A stretch of DNA of 45,370 nucleotides from an uncultured bacterium (lineage in GTDB: Bacteria; Patescibacteriota; Minisyncoccia; Phycocordibacterales; PALSA-1337), in contig CAIKAN010000014.1 in assembly GCA_903825415.1 (NCBI GenBank), positions 1 through 45,370 of the forward strand. Reading direction: 5' to 3'. Of this stretch, positions 44,784 to 45,370 are shown piece after piece (position 1 is the first letter of the stretch; the number at the start of each line of letters is the position of its first letter). The position numbers were made by a program, and so were the translations under genes. Under the pieces are notes generated by a model, which searched no databases, had not been told where the DNA came from, and saw only the letters and a program-made list of their open reading frames with translations.

Positions 44784-44896
44784 AAAATAACCCCGCTCCC
44801 TCCTCGGCGCGACGAAGTGCCTTCGTTTGGCTGCGCTTCGCTCCGCCAAAGTCGCCACTTGTCGCCGCCTGCGACGGTCGCGGCTGACGCGGTTCG
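44784..44896 (-). repeat. Family C structured element, copy 2
   Basis: Reverse complement of 23649-23760 with compensatory changes. Confidence 0.93.
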
Positions 44897-44917
44897 TTTT
44901 TTAAAATTACCGCCATG

Positions 44918-44989
44918 TCGGAGCGCCGGGATTCGAACCCGGAGTCACCTGTACCCAAAACAGGGATGTTACCGTTACACCACGCTCCG
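44918..44989 (-). tRNA. tRNA-Pro(TGG)
   Basis: CGGAGCG acceptor, CCTGT-TTTGGGT-ACAGG anticodon arm, GTTCGAATC T-loop. Confidence 0.95.
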
Positions 44990-45070
44990 TGGTTACGAGA
45001 ACCATCGTAGCATAAAACTCATTTTAGGCATAATTATTTCACATTGTTTTTGATTTTGGCGCTTTTCCAT

Positions 45071-45370
45071 TTACATAATGACGTTCTTTATCCACCTGAC
45101 TTTGGCCGTGCGTTGAATCATGTTCATGTAAACACATAGGATATGAAATTGAAATTCTATATCCGATTCGCCGTATTTTTCATTCAAGTAAGTTTCAACC
45201 ATTCTACGCAAGTGTTTGATCTTCCAACCGTCTACATTATCCTCTGGCCGATGAGAATTCCGCAGTTTGTCCATGAAATGAGAAGTAACGCTTTTGACTT
45301 CAAAAAAATGAAGCGATTTGTCTTTGAGAGCTACTATGTCCAATTCCCCCCACTTTTTTTGATAATTTCT
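45071..45370 (-). CDS. YraN/UPF0102 family protein (5-prime end outside window)
   Basis: KWGELDIVA...LHFFEVKS...PEDNV...KIKHL. Confidence 0.85.
   Translation of the reverse strand, partial: RNYQKKWGELDIVALKDKSLHFFEVKSVTSHFMDKLRNSHRPEDNVDGWKIKHLRRMVETYLNEKYGESDIEFQFHILCVYMNMIQRTAKVRWIKNVIM

Noticed and set aside
44778-44858. N-terminal extension of ORF 44361 (and ORFs 23555-, 44646+)
   Set aside because: Translation of element C; the shared peptide SLR.SRHLS.PATVAA reflects the repeat
5036-44896. CRISPR array
   Set aside because: Repeats are dispersed palindromes; no regularly spaced direct repeats with unique spacers and no cas genes

Overview
Bacterial chromosome segment, most consistent with a Patescibacteria/CPR (Parcubacteria-like) genome. 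This is inferred from the compact rpoB/rpoC, a trigger factor lacking the PPIase domain, no rimM between khpA and trmD, pilin-like leaders, and largely SD-less or leaderless core genes. Core genes: pyk, rpsP, khpA, trmD, rpoB, rpoC, an ABC exporter, a RelE-type TA pair, dnaG, radC, murD-like, mpl-like, mraY, NYN, rpsO, tig, rsmE, clpP, rny, HU, YraN, tRNA-Gly and tRNA-Pro, plus one IS30-family element. The most striking unexplained structure is a dense set (over 20 in 45 kb) of small palindromic elements in several families. Two families are built on 7-bp periodic repeats, some copies show compensatory base changes, some are nested in each other, and some are translated in frame inside dnaG, trmD and rsmE. 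Other notable features: a promoter- and terminator-bounded structured ncRNA candidate (32401-32620, minus strand); self-contained orphan cassettes, several encoding degenerate copies of housekeeping enzymes (PurH-N, PurS, SixA-like, YdcF-like); and an unusual cell-wall cluster (degenerate MurD, PLP enzyme, LysW-like protein, Mpl, ATE-like transferase abutting mraY). All protein assignments are by eye from motifs, with no database search.
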